Shown piece after piece: positions 55,511 to 64,000 of a stretch of 64,000 nt of DNA (position 1 is the stretch's first letter; each line of letters starts with the position of its first letter). Source of the stretch: Candidatus Omnitrophota bacterium. GTDB taxonomy: Bacteria; Omnitrophota; Gorgyraeia; Gygaellales; Profunditerraquicolaceae. Below the pieces are notes generated by a model. The model searched no databases. It was not told where the DNA came from and saw only the letters and a list, made by a program, of their open reading frames with translations. The stretch lies in the NCBI GenBank assembly GCA_963805065.1, contig CAWDSS010000010.1:83696-147695 (forward strand), given 5' to 3'. The position numbers were made by a program, and so were the translations under genes.

Positions 55511-56540
55511 TCTTTTCCAAGAGTTTTTAGGACTCTTGGGAAGGATGACGCACTCAAACCTCTTACGCCAGATTGAATACATGAAGGTTGAAAACGAAAT
55601 CTTGCGTTCTAAATTACCTAAGAGGATTACTACCACACCTGCCCAGAAGCGCAGGCTGATCAAATACGGCCTGCCTTTACGCGGACAGATCAAAAGCATC
55701 ATAACAGTCGTGGGTTATTCTACCTTTCGTAGATGGGTAGCCGAAGGAGTGACCAGTAAAAAACCAGCCAAGCGAGGTCGCCCCAGGAAAACTACACAGG
55801 AAGTCGTTGATCTCATTGTCCGCATGGCTAAAGAGAATAAACTCTGGGGTTATGTCAGGATTTTGGCTGAGTTAAAGAAGCTAAACGTTTCAAGGCTATC
55901 CCGCACTGCTGTAAAGACAATCCTGGTTCAAAACGGCATTGAGCCGGTTCCCAAGCGTAAGGAAGATTCCTGGGATGCCTTCATCAAAAGGCACTTTGAA
56001 ACCCTCTGGGCGTGCGACTTCTTCACCAAGACAGTCTGGACGGCCTTAGGTCCGAAGCTGTTCCATGTGTTATTCTTTATCAATATCAGGACAAGAAAAG
56101 TCCATATAGCCGGGATTACCTCGCAGCCAGATGGGAAATGGGTAATCAATGCCACCAAGAGCATCTCCTTCCTCTTCCAGGATAAAACCAAGAAACTCCT
56201 CATCAGGGATGGCGATTATAAGTTCCCCAAGGAGTTTGACGAATTATTTAAACCGCATAACGCTAAGGTCATAAGAACCGTCTACCGCTCTCCTAACCTT
56301 AATCCCTACGCAGAAGGTTTTGTTGGCACTATCAAACGGGAGTGCCTGAATCATTTCTTCGTATTTGGGGAAGAGCACTTAAAATACCTGATTAAAGAAT
56401 ATGTCGGCCACTACAACACCAAAAGACCGCATTCAGGAGTGAATAACGAACCTCTTGGATATAGGGCACGAAAGGATAAAGGTAAGATCAAATGCCAGTC
56501 ACGGCTGGGCGGGATGATAAAGCATTATTATTGGGGGTGA
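55476..56540 (+). CDS. DDE transposase with integrase-core (rve) domain, IS3/IS481-superfamily-like
   Basis: 354 aa. Catalytic triad context WACDFF / LIRDGDYKF / NPYAEGFVGTIKRE, and a C-terminal RLGGMIKHYYW. This is the only plus-strand gene in the window. Confidence 0.9.
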   Translation: MDYTKSYTINGTLFQEFLGLLGRMTHSNLLRQIEYMKVENEILRSKLPKRITTTPAQKRRLIKYGLPLRGQIKSIITVVGYSTFRRWVAEGVTSKKPAKRGRPRKTTQEVVDLIVRMAKENKLWGYVRILAELKKLNVSRLSRTAVKTILVQNGIEPVPKRKEDSWDAFIKRHFETLWACDFFTKTVWTALGPKLFHVLFFINIRTRKVHIAGITSQPDGKWVINATKSISFLFQDKTKKLLIRDGDYKFPKEFDELFKPHNAKVIRTVYRSPNLNPYAEGFVGTIKRECLNHFFVFGEEHLKYLIKEYVGHYNTKRPHSGVNNEPLGYRARKDKGKIKCQSRLGGMIKHYYWG

Positions 56541-56555
56541 TTTTACACAATAATC

Positions 56556-57113
56556 CTAAAACTTACCTTGCAAAATTCTTATCTTGTTAAGCACTTCTTC
56601 AAACACAAGGTACTCGTGTCCTTTTAGTAATGCCCAATCGATTCCTTTGTTCTTGAACTCTGGATCCGCACCGATTTCCATATATGTTCGATAGTTACTA
56701 AGTTTAAACAGGGTCTTATTTACTCTTTCCAACAAAAATAGGTCACTCTTGATCTCCTGAGACTGCAACTTGTGTGCAATATTGTGCGCCAAATCATTTC
56801 GATGTTTTCTTAATTCCTGGATAGTCAAGACGTCATCTGAATCTATAGCCTTCATAAAATCACGTAAATATAAAAGGCACGCTTCAAACTCATTCTTATG
56901 TCGAGACAAAACATCTTTTTCATAGGACTTGAATGGGCTTCCTTCGCCAAAAGTCATATTCCAATAAAAAAACTTAATAGGCTTAACAATAAGACTCTTA
57001 ACCAATTCGTACGCAACCAGAATTAATCCGGTATAGGCAAGTACTTGTGTAAGATCTTCCTCTGTCAAATCACCAATCATACTCATTTGTCTTCTATCTT
57101 GTTTTTGATGCAT
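56556..57113 (-). CDS. HEPN-motif protein (185 aa)
   Basis: R-x4-H motif in ELRKHRNDLAHN (residues 105-110, nt 56784-56801), with an alpha-helical context. No named family recognised. Confidence 0.6.
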   Translation of the reverse strand: MHQKQDRRQMSMIGDLTEEDLTQVLAYTGLILVAYELVKSLIVKPIKFFYWNMTFGEGSPFKSYEKDVLSRHKNEFEACLLYLRDFMKAIDSDDVLTIQELRKHRNDLAHNIAHKLQSQEIKSDLFLLERVNKTLFKLSNYRTYMEIGADPEFKNKGIDWALLKGHEYLVFEEVLNKIRILQGKF

Positions 57114-57211
57114 AGCGCCCGATATAAGCGTAAACGGACAACATCAACCGATAACAAACTTTTGCTATTTTCATACTAATTGTTTTATTCATATTTTCCC
57201 TTTAACATATA

Positions 57212-58027
57212 TTAGACCACGTCACTCGATACTTTGACTGCGCCATCGAGTTTTCTATGAATAAATGAAATTAGCGTCATGATGTCCAGCGCATCTAGTT
57301 CAGACATTGGCCACGAGATTTTCGGCGCATGGGCAACTGGGTTTCGAATTGCTCCAAACAGGCCAATCAGAAGATTTGAGAAACCTCTCTGCTCGCTTTT
57401 CTCAGTCCCTGTTTTAAGTGAGCCAAGCGCAAGAATCGGCGCTTTACTAGAGAATGCCGCATTGACTAGATCTGCACCGTCTAAGCCCAAACCAGACATG
57501 TCTCTAATACGTTGCGCTACACCTTTTGTGGCTTCTAAGACAGCATGGAAATAGTTCTCTTCAAGTAGCTCGGCACGACAATATTTGAGAACCTCGGGAT
57601 GGACATTCCGGCTTTCAAGAGCAGCTTGAAGACGCCCTGCACGTGCAAGAGCGCCTTTTAGGGTGGTTTCTTTGCTTGACCTTGCGACCTTTCCGTCTTC
57701 TCTAACTTGTAAGCCGGAAAACGCAAGAACGACATTAAGTTCGCTTCGCCGCCAGTCGAAAGCATCTTTATCGCGAGCGTAGCTAACCGGATTCATTGCT
57801 CGATTAATAAACATGATCAGATGATTACCAACATGGTGCTTGTTTTGAGCGCCAGCCAGCGCGTTGAAAAGCCGCTTCCATTTCGTGAGTTCGGGTGAAA
57901 CGTCTTCAACCTTTATTTCCTGGAGAAGCCGTTCAATCTGAGAACCGGTAAGCCCACGCTGAGTGTCTGCTAGCACTTGACATGCTGCTTCAAGATGTTG
58001 AGAATCAAAAGACTCGATTCGTTCCAT
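57212..58027 (-). CDS. TIGR02391 / Hypoth_Ymh-like protein (HEPN clan)
   Basis: 271 aa. The C-terminal domain reads NYFHAVLEATKGVAQRIR...SEQRGFSNLLIGLFGAIRNPVAHAPK...ELDALD.MTLISFIHRKLD. Confidence 0.8.
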   Translation of the reverse strand: MERIESFDSQHLEAACQVLADTQRGLTGSQIERLLQEIKVEDVSPELTKWKRLFNALAGAQNKHHVGNHLIMFINRAMNPVSYARDKDAFDWRRSELNVVLAFSGLQVREDGKVARSSKETTLKGALARAGRLQAALESRNVHPEVLKYCRAELLEENYFHAVLEATKGVAQRIRDMSGLGLDGADLVNAAFSSKAPILALGSLKTGTEKSEQRGFSNLLIGLFGAIRNPVAHAPKISWPMSELDALDIMTLISFIHRKLDGAVKVSSDVV

Positions 58028-58144
58028 TATTTTTCTATTCTGCTCCCCGTTAATACTTAAGGCATTTTAATGATGAAAAAGGCTATCCTTCTTATGGGGA
58101 AAACCATCTGGCTATATCGGTGAGTTGGGCTAAGAATTAATTTG

Positions 58145-58978
58145 TTATGGCCTCCACATATCCTGTGCATCTGCTCTCATCTCTGAATCTCTTTCCTTAT
58201 CTAAACATTCTCTGCAAATATCCATATCGTAATATCCTGCCCCAGTCTCCGGATCGCCATCCACCCCTTCAACCTTAGTTATTTCTGATTCCCAAACTTC
58301 TTGATGGCAAACGTCGCACTCGACCCGCTCTTCAGCGTGCCCACAAAGGACACATTGCATTATAGATAAGTCAAAAGCTGATGCTCCACAAGAAGGGCAT
58401 TCCCACGTTAGCTTTCCTTCTTCTGAAAGTTGTTTTTCAAGCGCCTTCCCATGAGCTTCCCAAAATTCATATATTTCAATGAGTTCTTTCCATCGGTCAT
58501 CTTTGCGAAATTCTTGTTCTAAGTCTAACTGTAAATAACGCTTTGAAAAATCGAAAATAAGAGACAACATCCGTCCTATAATTCCCTTGGCCTCCTTTAG
58601 ATCAAGCACGAATTCATAGTGTTCTATGGCGTCCCTTATTTTCTTGCAAGAGTAAATTGTTTTCTTATCCTCTTCGCTTAAAGAGATTCCGGCTATTTTA
58701 AACAATCTTTCGACAGCCTTAAGGGTACTGACAGTAAACGCCTCTTTTGATGGATATTTATCCACATCTTGCCAAATAAAAGCCGGATGAACTCTGCGTA
58801 AACGTTCTTTCAAAAGAAGCTCTATCGCATGAGCGACATCCCTAATGGCTCTTTTCAGATCCCCTGCCTTAACCCCATCGGGATTGGTCAGATGCTCAAC
58901 CGCATGATTGAGTGAATCTTTGGCATTATTAATCAAATCGAATTTAATAGGATCGTTCTTCATCTTTCTTTGCTCCAT
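58145..58978 (-). CDS. HEPN-motif protein with C-terminal double zinc-ribbon (277 aa)
   Basis: KKIRDAIEHYEF (R-x4-H, residues 115-120). Four CxxC pairs (CPSC, CVLC, CDVC, CREC). Overlaps the upstream ORF by 35 nt. Confidence 0.6.
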   Translation of the reverse strand: MEQRKMKNDPIKFDLINNAKDSLNHAVEHLTNPDGVKAGDLKRAIRDVAHAIELLLKERLRRVHPAFIWQDVDKYPSKEAFTVSTLKAVERLFKIAGISLSEEDKKTIYSCKKIRDAIEHYEFVLDLKEAKGIIGRMLSLIFDFSKRYLQLDLEQEFRKDDRWKELIEIYEFWEAHGKALEKQLSEEGKLTWECPSCGASAFDLSIMQCVLCGHAEERVECDVCHQEVWESEITKVEGVDGDPETGAGYYDMDICRECLDKERDSEMRADAQDMWRP

Positions 58979-60572
58979 GATCTATCTCTTCAGCTTGCCT
59001 CAATCGTTCTGGCAAAACGGCTAAGTCTTCTTTGTATAGCTCTGCTAATGCTGAAGGTCGTTCAAACTCGTAAATTATTTTCCAGAGAGTGCCTAGCGCC
59101 ACATCTTGGGTAAATTGCTGATCTTCATTCTTAATCCTAATTATACCATCGTGCATATCTAATAATACTATCTTGTTTTTTAATGCTTCGGATTTGATTT
59201 TATTATACTCCCTCCCAGTTATCCAAGTAGCGTCGATTCCTTTCTTTTTACAAAGAGCCACGAATTTCTCAGGCGAGAAATAAAAAAACAAGGACATTCG
59301 CTCAAAAAGAATATCGAAAACAAAATTTTCTTCTAGTCCTGTAATAAATATAGGCCGATGCGTGGGAAACTGAACTTTATCTCTCATCTCCCAAACCGGC
59401 AAAAGCATATATTCAAAATGCTTCATAACCTTTTTTTCATCGAATTCTTTCCCATACGGACATTCCGACCAATCCTCAAAAAGCATATGCCATACTTGAT
59501 GCTGAAAATCTTTTTTACACACATCATTGCTTCTTTTCAACCTGGTAGTATTAAACGCGCCTAGTATTAAACATTCATCTATAACTAGATATTGCTCGCC
59601 TTTCTTCTTTGCCACCCGTAACAACTGGTTAACTTCCTTATGATAAGTGACTGTAAACCTTGACTTAACATCGGTTATTTTTGGTCTATTAAATTGAATA
59701 TCTATCCCCACAGATTCATTGATATAATCTGAAGCCATCTGCATTCTTTGTTTCTGCCTCAACACTCGTTCAAGTTGCTTCGTAAAAGGCTTCCCGTATT
59801 TTGAAACGAGTTCGCCGAATCTTTCACGTGCAGCTTGATCCGCTGGAGACATAGTTAACAAAGACTCGATATGGTCATTTACCGTACCGTCTTTTAACTC
59901 ACAAAAACCGAACTGACCCGTCGGCAATCGCACAAGAAGATCTCCCACCTGGATACAAGAGGTAATATCGGTTATCAATGCAAAACTGCTCTTGTCTTTG
60001 GAATTCAATTTATTAACTGTTGCCAACGTGCTTTGAAGTTGGGCGCTTTGTGATGGCCCAAGAGATACACCTTGTATCAAGGCGCGAACTTTCGTTCCGT
60101 CATCTCCCAATATTTGCCATGCGATTGAATCTGCAATCTCCCTAAGAAACATAGATTTAAATAACTGCTCGGAATAAGCTTTTCCAACCTTAGAATATCG
60201 TGGAACCGGAGGTTTTAGATCCCTCTTATATCTACTCACCTCCTCGCGATAAGACTTCCTCAATTGAGGTATCTTTGCTTCAATTTCTGGCAATAACTTT
60301 ACGATTTCATTCTGGGCTACACCGAATCCGTAATGACATTTTTCGAAGAACACTTTTTTTCTTCTGGTGTTTAATAAAAAGATGCGCGGCGATCCAAATA
60401 AACGCATACAAGTACTTCGAGCGCCGTGATGGGCAGCGTAATGAGAAAGCCGTCTAACCGTCTTCTCAAACTCAGTATTTGCTTTATTTGCCCGGTGAGC
60501 TAACCAAAATTCAATTATTTTTTCTGGAATTATAATTGGAGGGATAAATTTCGTGATTAATACCATCAACAT
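58944..60572 (-). CDS. 542-aa hypothetical protein with possible PD-(D/E)xK nuclease core
   Basis: Long uninterrupted ORF. The candidate motif ...ALITDITSCIQVGDLLVRLPTGQFGFCELKDG gives D...ExK spacing. No family recognised. Confidence 0.6.
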   Translation of the reverse strand: MLMVLITKFIPPIIIPEKIIEFWLAHRANKANTEFEKTVRRLSHYAAHHGARSTCMRLFGSPRIFLLNTRRKKVFFEKCHYGFGVAQNEIVKLLPEIEAKIPQLRKSYREEVSRYKRDLKPPVPRYSKVGKAYSEQLFKSMFLREIADSIAWQILGDDGTKVRALIQGVSLGPSQSAQLQSTLATVNKLNSKDKSSFALITDITSCIQVGDLLVRLPTGQFGFCELKDGTVNDHIESLLTMSPADQAARERFGELVSKYGKPFTKQLERVLRQKQRMQMASDYINESVGIDIQFNRPKITDVKSRFTVTYHKEVNQLLRVAKKKGEQYLVIDECLILGAFNTTRLKRSNDVCKKDFQHQVWHMLFEDWSECPYGKEFDEKKVMKHFEYMLLPVWEMRDKVQFPTHRPIFITGLEENFVFDILFERMSLFFYFSPEKFVALCKKKGIDATWITGREYNKIKSEALKNKIVLLDMHDGIIRIKNEDQQFTQDVALGTLWKIIYEFERPSALAELYKEDLAVLPERLRQAEEIDHGAKKDEERSY

Positions 60573-60658
60573 TGGTTCCCTAACTTCAGTAGATAACTTA
60601 CCGTACTTTAAATTCCGTTTTCTGTGATGGCCCCAAGTGTTCTTAAACGGCCGGTATT

Positions 60659-62428
60659 TTATCTAAGACCTTTTTCGACCCATCTCCATTTCTTGTAAGC
60701 AAACTTCATACATTTCTTGTACGAAGCTTGCGTGCGCAAGAAGCTGAACTTGCCTTCAGTAACTTTATCAGCATTTTCCTTACAGCTCGCTAATGTCGAA
60801 ATAAGATATCTGCATCTTCTGGTTGCTAATCGTGAGAGGTACTCGGTGAAGTCAGCGGGCATCGTCATATCTTGACCATAATCCTCAGCCAATTTTTTAA
60901 TGTTTCTGTCATTCAGCACCCCCTGGCAAATTAATGCCCAAAGAAGCGGCCGTGCCCGACTTAGATACCCATATTTGCTTGGTCCTTTATCTAAAATATC
61001 ATACATTAAGCGCCCTAAACGAAACTGAATTTTATAACAAAGCAGCACCTTTTTCGAATCGTCATTTAGACGGTTTTTATTGAAAACTTGGTTATAAATC
61101 TTATCATCCTCAAAGACTCGCCTCATCCATGATGTCTTGTCGATTTCTCCATCTACAACCAAATACATCGTTGTCAACTTTAATAATTCAATAGGCTTGC
61201 CGGCTGTAATACCAATATCGTCCAAATCTTCTGAGCCAAGGTTGTGAAAAGCCTTCTCTTGACGCTCATAGTATATTTGTAGATCATCACGGAACTTATC
61301 CTGCAGCTCCAATTGAATCATATCATTAGCATGAAGATTCCAAGGTTCAACAGGATTTTGACGATTGTTGTTTATTGTAACTCTTACTATAAAATCATCC
61401 GCCGCAGCGGTAATAATTTTGCAGATAACCCGCATGTTTTCCAAGCGGGAACGATTCTCTTTGTATACAGGATTATCAGCATTTTTTTCTATAAAACGGG
61501 CTAGCGTAGTAATCGTTTGAGCGCCATTTAATAATCTAGGCTCAGTTACCCGATACGTTCCATCTATCTTCTCAACCTTCTCCGCTGCGAATGTAACACC
61601 GTTATGGTCAAAAACAAACACAGATGGATCCTCTTTTTCATCTACCACAATTCGCTGGTATGCCCGATCCAATGCACGATTCACCGATCCTTCTTCAGGC
61701 AGCGCGGATCGAATGTTCCGCTCGAAAAATCGTTGTTCCATATCGCGATACATCCCATACAGATCTATGAGACGTACAAATCCTATTAGCATTTGCTGAC
61801 CATCCGGCCCAACGCTATCAAGGCTTTCGGCAAGCTCAATCGGATAGGTTCTTGACGTCCGTTGATGTGAAACAGCACCAGTTTTCTTTGCTTGCGCTGA
61901 ACGAAACTCAATAATAAGCGTAACCGGTCTATGGAAATACTTATCGAGATAATACCGTTTATTTTCCAGATCCTCGCGCAATTTATCAAGAACAAAGCTT
62001 TTCTCAGCCTCTGCTGGATCACCCATAAAAACAAAGTGCACATATACTTTATCAATCACAGCCTGATTTTCAAGTAGTGAGCTATTGAGCTGCTCAAGCA
62101 ATTCATTCTTTTTGGCATCCTGAGTCTGTGCACCAAAAATCCGACTCATGCCCGCATCAATTAACCGACGGAACGAATCCTTAAATAAAGCGTATGATTT
62201 AGAGTACTTAAACTGGAAAAGATAGAAGTTTCTTCTATCTCGATCAAAATAGAAACCATCTATTCCATAATCGTTACCGCCAAAGGCCACAAGATTGACA
62301 ACTTCTTCGCGTGGAATTCGAAACTCATTTTCGAGATAGATTAGTCCGAAGTAGTCATTGCGGACACCTTTACATGTATTCTTTAGTTCTGAGTACACCT
62401 GATCAATTGCATCATCAGTAATTTTCAT
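60659..62428 (-). CDS. AIPR-family abortive-infection protein
   Basis: 589 aa. N-terminal GGNDYGIDGFYFD...FYLFQFKYS. Central LLNGAQTITT and TINNNRQNPVEPWNLHAND are typical of AIPR as I recall it. Confidence 0.8.
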   Translation of the reverse strand: MKITDDAIDQVYSELKNTCKGVRNDYFGLIYLENEFRIPREEVVNLVAFGGNDYGIDGFYFDRDRRNFYLFQFKYSKSYALFKDSFRRLIDAGMSRIFGAQTQDAKKNELLEQLNSSLLENQAVIDKVYVHFVFMGDPAEAEKSFVLDKLREDLENKRYYLDKYFHRPVTLIIEFRSAQAKKTGAVSHQRTSRTYPIELAESLDSVGPDGQQMLIGFVRLIDLYGMYRDMEQRFFERNIRSALPEEGSVNRALDRAYQRIVVDEKEDPSVFVFDHNGVTFAAEKVEKIDGTYRVTEPRLLNGAQTITTLARFIEKNADNPVYKENRSRLENMRVICKIITAAADDFIVRVTINNNRQNPVEPWNLHANDMIQLELQDKFRDDLQIYYERQEKAFHNLGSEDLDDIGITAGKPIELLKLTTMYLVVDGEIDKTSWMRRVFEDDKIYNQVFNKNRLNDDSKKVLLCYKIQFRLGRLMYDILDKGPSKYGYLSRARPLLWALICQGVLNDRNIKKLAEDYGQDMTMPADFTEYLSRLATRRCRYLISTLASCKENADKVTEGKFSFLRTQASYKKCMKFAYKKWRWVEKGLR

Positions 62429-62558
62429 ATTTATGCCTCCTCGTATAACACAATTATAGGACTAATCCCTTCCTCTTACAAACACTTACGCTTGGCAATT
62501 CTCTAAATTCAATACATACGGCACTGCAAAAAAATCTCTGTAAACAGGGAAAATAAAG

Positions 62559-63569
62559 TTAGCTAAAGAATGGTTTACCTAATACTTCTTTTGAAGAAAT
62601 ATTTGTGTACAACAACTGATTATGCATGATTGAATTACCATCAGGACTACGAATAATTTCTACTTTTATTCTTGGCCTATCAATATCAAAAAGATATGGA
62701 GAAATTGTTAAGCTTTTTTTAACCAATTGGAAGCATTCTGTTTCGCAATAAACTTGACGATAACTATCTTTGATTTGAAGCCAATTATAAAAATTAATGT
62801 TTTCTATATCGTTAAAGATAATCTTCTTTTGATGATATTTTTCGTATTTTTTGAAGAAAGACTTCTCAAGAAGAATGATTATAAATTTTGAAGAAATAGG
62901 AAAAGCTATCTCAATACCCTCTGACCTTATTCCAGCATTGCTTAACAAAGGGTTTATTTTGTGGGCTATTCTTGTGAAAGGATGATCGGATGTATAAAAA
63001 GGCATTTGGGTTTTGTTCTCCACGATAATCCAGTAACGACCAATAAATGTGGGTATGCATTCTTTTGCTCTCTTTTCATTAAGAATATCTTTAGCATGAG
63101 CAAGAGCTTCGTTAACTTGAATTTCATAATCAAATTTTTCTTCTTTAGGAAATTTAAGTTTTAAATGAAGGCCTATTAAAGCCTTAAGCATAGTTTTTGC
63201 AGCAGTAGTAGAAAATTCACGATATTCCTTAGTTCGAATATATTGGTAATATAAATATTGGGATAGCAGACTAATCTCATTTGATGTAAAGCAGGCGTCA
63301 TCTTGTGGTGATCGTTTTAAGATATCATTGATTGTAGATGCTGTTACGCCCTCAAGAGGAATAAAGAATTTTTCAATGAACTGTTTAGCTCCTAACTTTA
63401 ATTCTTGTTCTTCTGACAAGTCATAAAAATATTTTCCATTAGCTACATCCCTTATAGAAGAAACAAAAGATTTCTGCTCTTTTTTATCATAAACATAGAC
63501 ACTTCTTTTGTTTGAAGAGAAATTTATTAAATAAGACTGAGGCACATAATGTTGTTTTTTAACAACCAT
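62559..63569 (-). CDS. DUF4238-family protein
   Basis: 336 aa. The N-terminal KQHYVPQSYLINFS matches the DUF4238 signature (H-Y-V-P-Q-x-Y-L). Confidence 0.75.
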   Translation of the reverse strand: MVVKKQHYVPQSYLINFSSNKRSVYVYDKKEQKSFVSSIRDVANGKYFYDLSEEQELKLGAKQFIEKFFIPLEGVTASTINDILKRSPQDDACFTSNEISLLSQYLYYQYIRTKEYREFSTTAAKTMLKALIGLHLKLKFPKEEKFDYEIQVNEALAHAKDILNEKRAKECIPTFIGRYWIIVENKTQMPFYTSDHPFTRIAHKINPLLSNAGIRSEGIEIAFPISSKFIIILLEKSFFKKYEKYHQKKIIFNDIENINFYNWLQIKDSYRQVYCETECFQLVKKSLTISPYLFDIDRPRIKVEIIRSPDGNSIMHNQLLYTNISSKEVLGKPFFS

Positions 63570-63674
63570 CGGTTTTATTATTTTTAAATGAACTATAATT
63601 TTTACTTAGTGTTGGCCTATCCTATTACTGTATATAACCAACAGTGTAAATTAAATTCAGCTTTCCTTCGAGTA

Positions 63675-64000
63675 TCATATTATCAATTTTTTAAGATTTC
63701 CCATAAACTCATAATTCGTCATATCACAATGTATAGGAGTAATTGAAATGTAATTATTTCGTATAGTTTCAATGTCAGCGTCCTCTTTTTTGTCTGATTT
63801 GATAATTTCACCGGTAAGCCAATAGTAGGTACGTTTGCGAGGATCTTCCCGTTTATCAAAACGTTCCTCGATTGCCTTTTCGCTCTGCTTAACGATTCGA
63901 ATGCCTTTAATATATTTCTGATTTACGGCCGGGATATTGACATTCAATAGAGTGCCTTTTGGCAATCCTTTATTCTGGATTATCTGCTTAGCGAGTTTCT
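63675..64000 (-). CDS. surE: 5'/3'-nucleotidase SurE, C-terminal part (gene continues beyond window end)
   Basis: ...KGTLLNVNIP...ITPIHCDMT. The reading frame stays open upstream of the track's TTG start through nt 64000 (KLAKQIIQNKGLPKG...). Confidence 0.85.
   Translation of the reverse strand, partial: KLAKQIIQNKGLPKGTLLNVNIPAVNQKYIKGIRIVKQSEKAIEERFDKREDPRKRTYYWLTGEIIKSDKKEDADIETIRNNYISITPIHCDMTNYEFMGNLKKLII

Larger units (their letters stand above)
55354..56540 (+). mobile_element. IS-like unit: element copy F plus intact rve (DDE) transposase; termini not definable
   Basis: I found no terminal inverted repeats. The right side abuts a convergent gene 15 nt after the stop codon. Confidence 0.5.

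Noticed and set aside
56541-56560. Search for terminal inverted repeats defining the IS around the transposase
   Set aside because: I found no convincing inverted repeat between the region upstream of 55354-55400 and the 15 nt after the stop codon. A shared ATTTTACACA 10-mer with the repeat units (48527-48536) is too short to interpret.

Overview
This is a 64-kb AT-rich bacterial segment. Every credible gene except one transposase lies on the minus strand. I cannot assign taxonomy from sequence alone.

Content from left to right:
(i) 1-2.9 kb: housekeeping genes (plsC, an arfB-like GGQ protein, a small Zn-ribbon protein, a flavoprotein).
(ii) 2997-14260: a complete type IV pilus / type II secretion-like cluster. 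It holds an ExeA-type ATPase, a secretin, PilMN/PilO/PilP-like parts, five pilin-like genes including a tandem major-pilin pair, PilC and PilB. Its regulators sit at 14282-17438: two receiver proteins, a PAS histidine kinase ending in a PilZ domain, and a MerR-like HTH protein.
(iii) 17.6-29 kb: redox, metal and envelope genes. These are a frameshifted flavoprotein, an MBL hydrolase, a CDF transporter, two secreted ankyrin proteins, UppP, DUF2950, flavodoxin, nitroreductase, DoxX, an untracked rubredoxin, hemerythrin and a rubrerythrin-like protein.
(iv) 29.7-47.8 kb: a TPR/GT-C-like protein, a WG-repeat protein, a Znu-type metal ABC operon ending in a truncated sigma-like gene, a ClC channel, DipZ, an AKR, a DUF134/NifX/ferredoxin cluster and an ars operon.
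(v) 47.85-63.67 kb: a ~15.8-kb accessory segment between arsR and surE. It contains 1.7 kb of gene-free tandem repeats built from promoter/leader/terminator modules. It also contains accessory enzyme genes separated by copies of a bipartite hairpin element, which is also the 5' region of the only transposase. It ends in a defence-type cluster: three different HEPN-motif proteins, a 542-aa PD-(D/E)xK-like protein, AIPR and DUF4238.

The best candidate for an undescribed system is the multi-HEPN cluster at 56556-60572, together with its AIPR/DUF4238 neighbours. The second candidate is the hairpin-element-delimited gene array at 48.9-55.5 kb and the associated orphan promoter-leader-terminator units.

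Limits: all family assignments come from motif recognition by eye, not from database searches. Hand-derived coordinates of non-ORF features may be off by a few nt.
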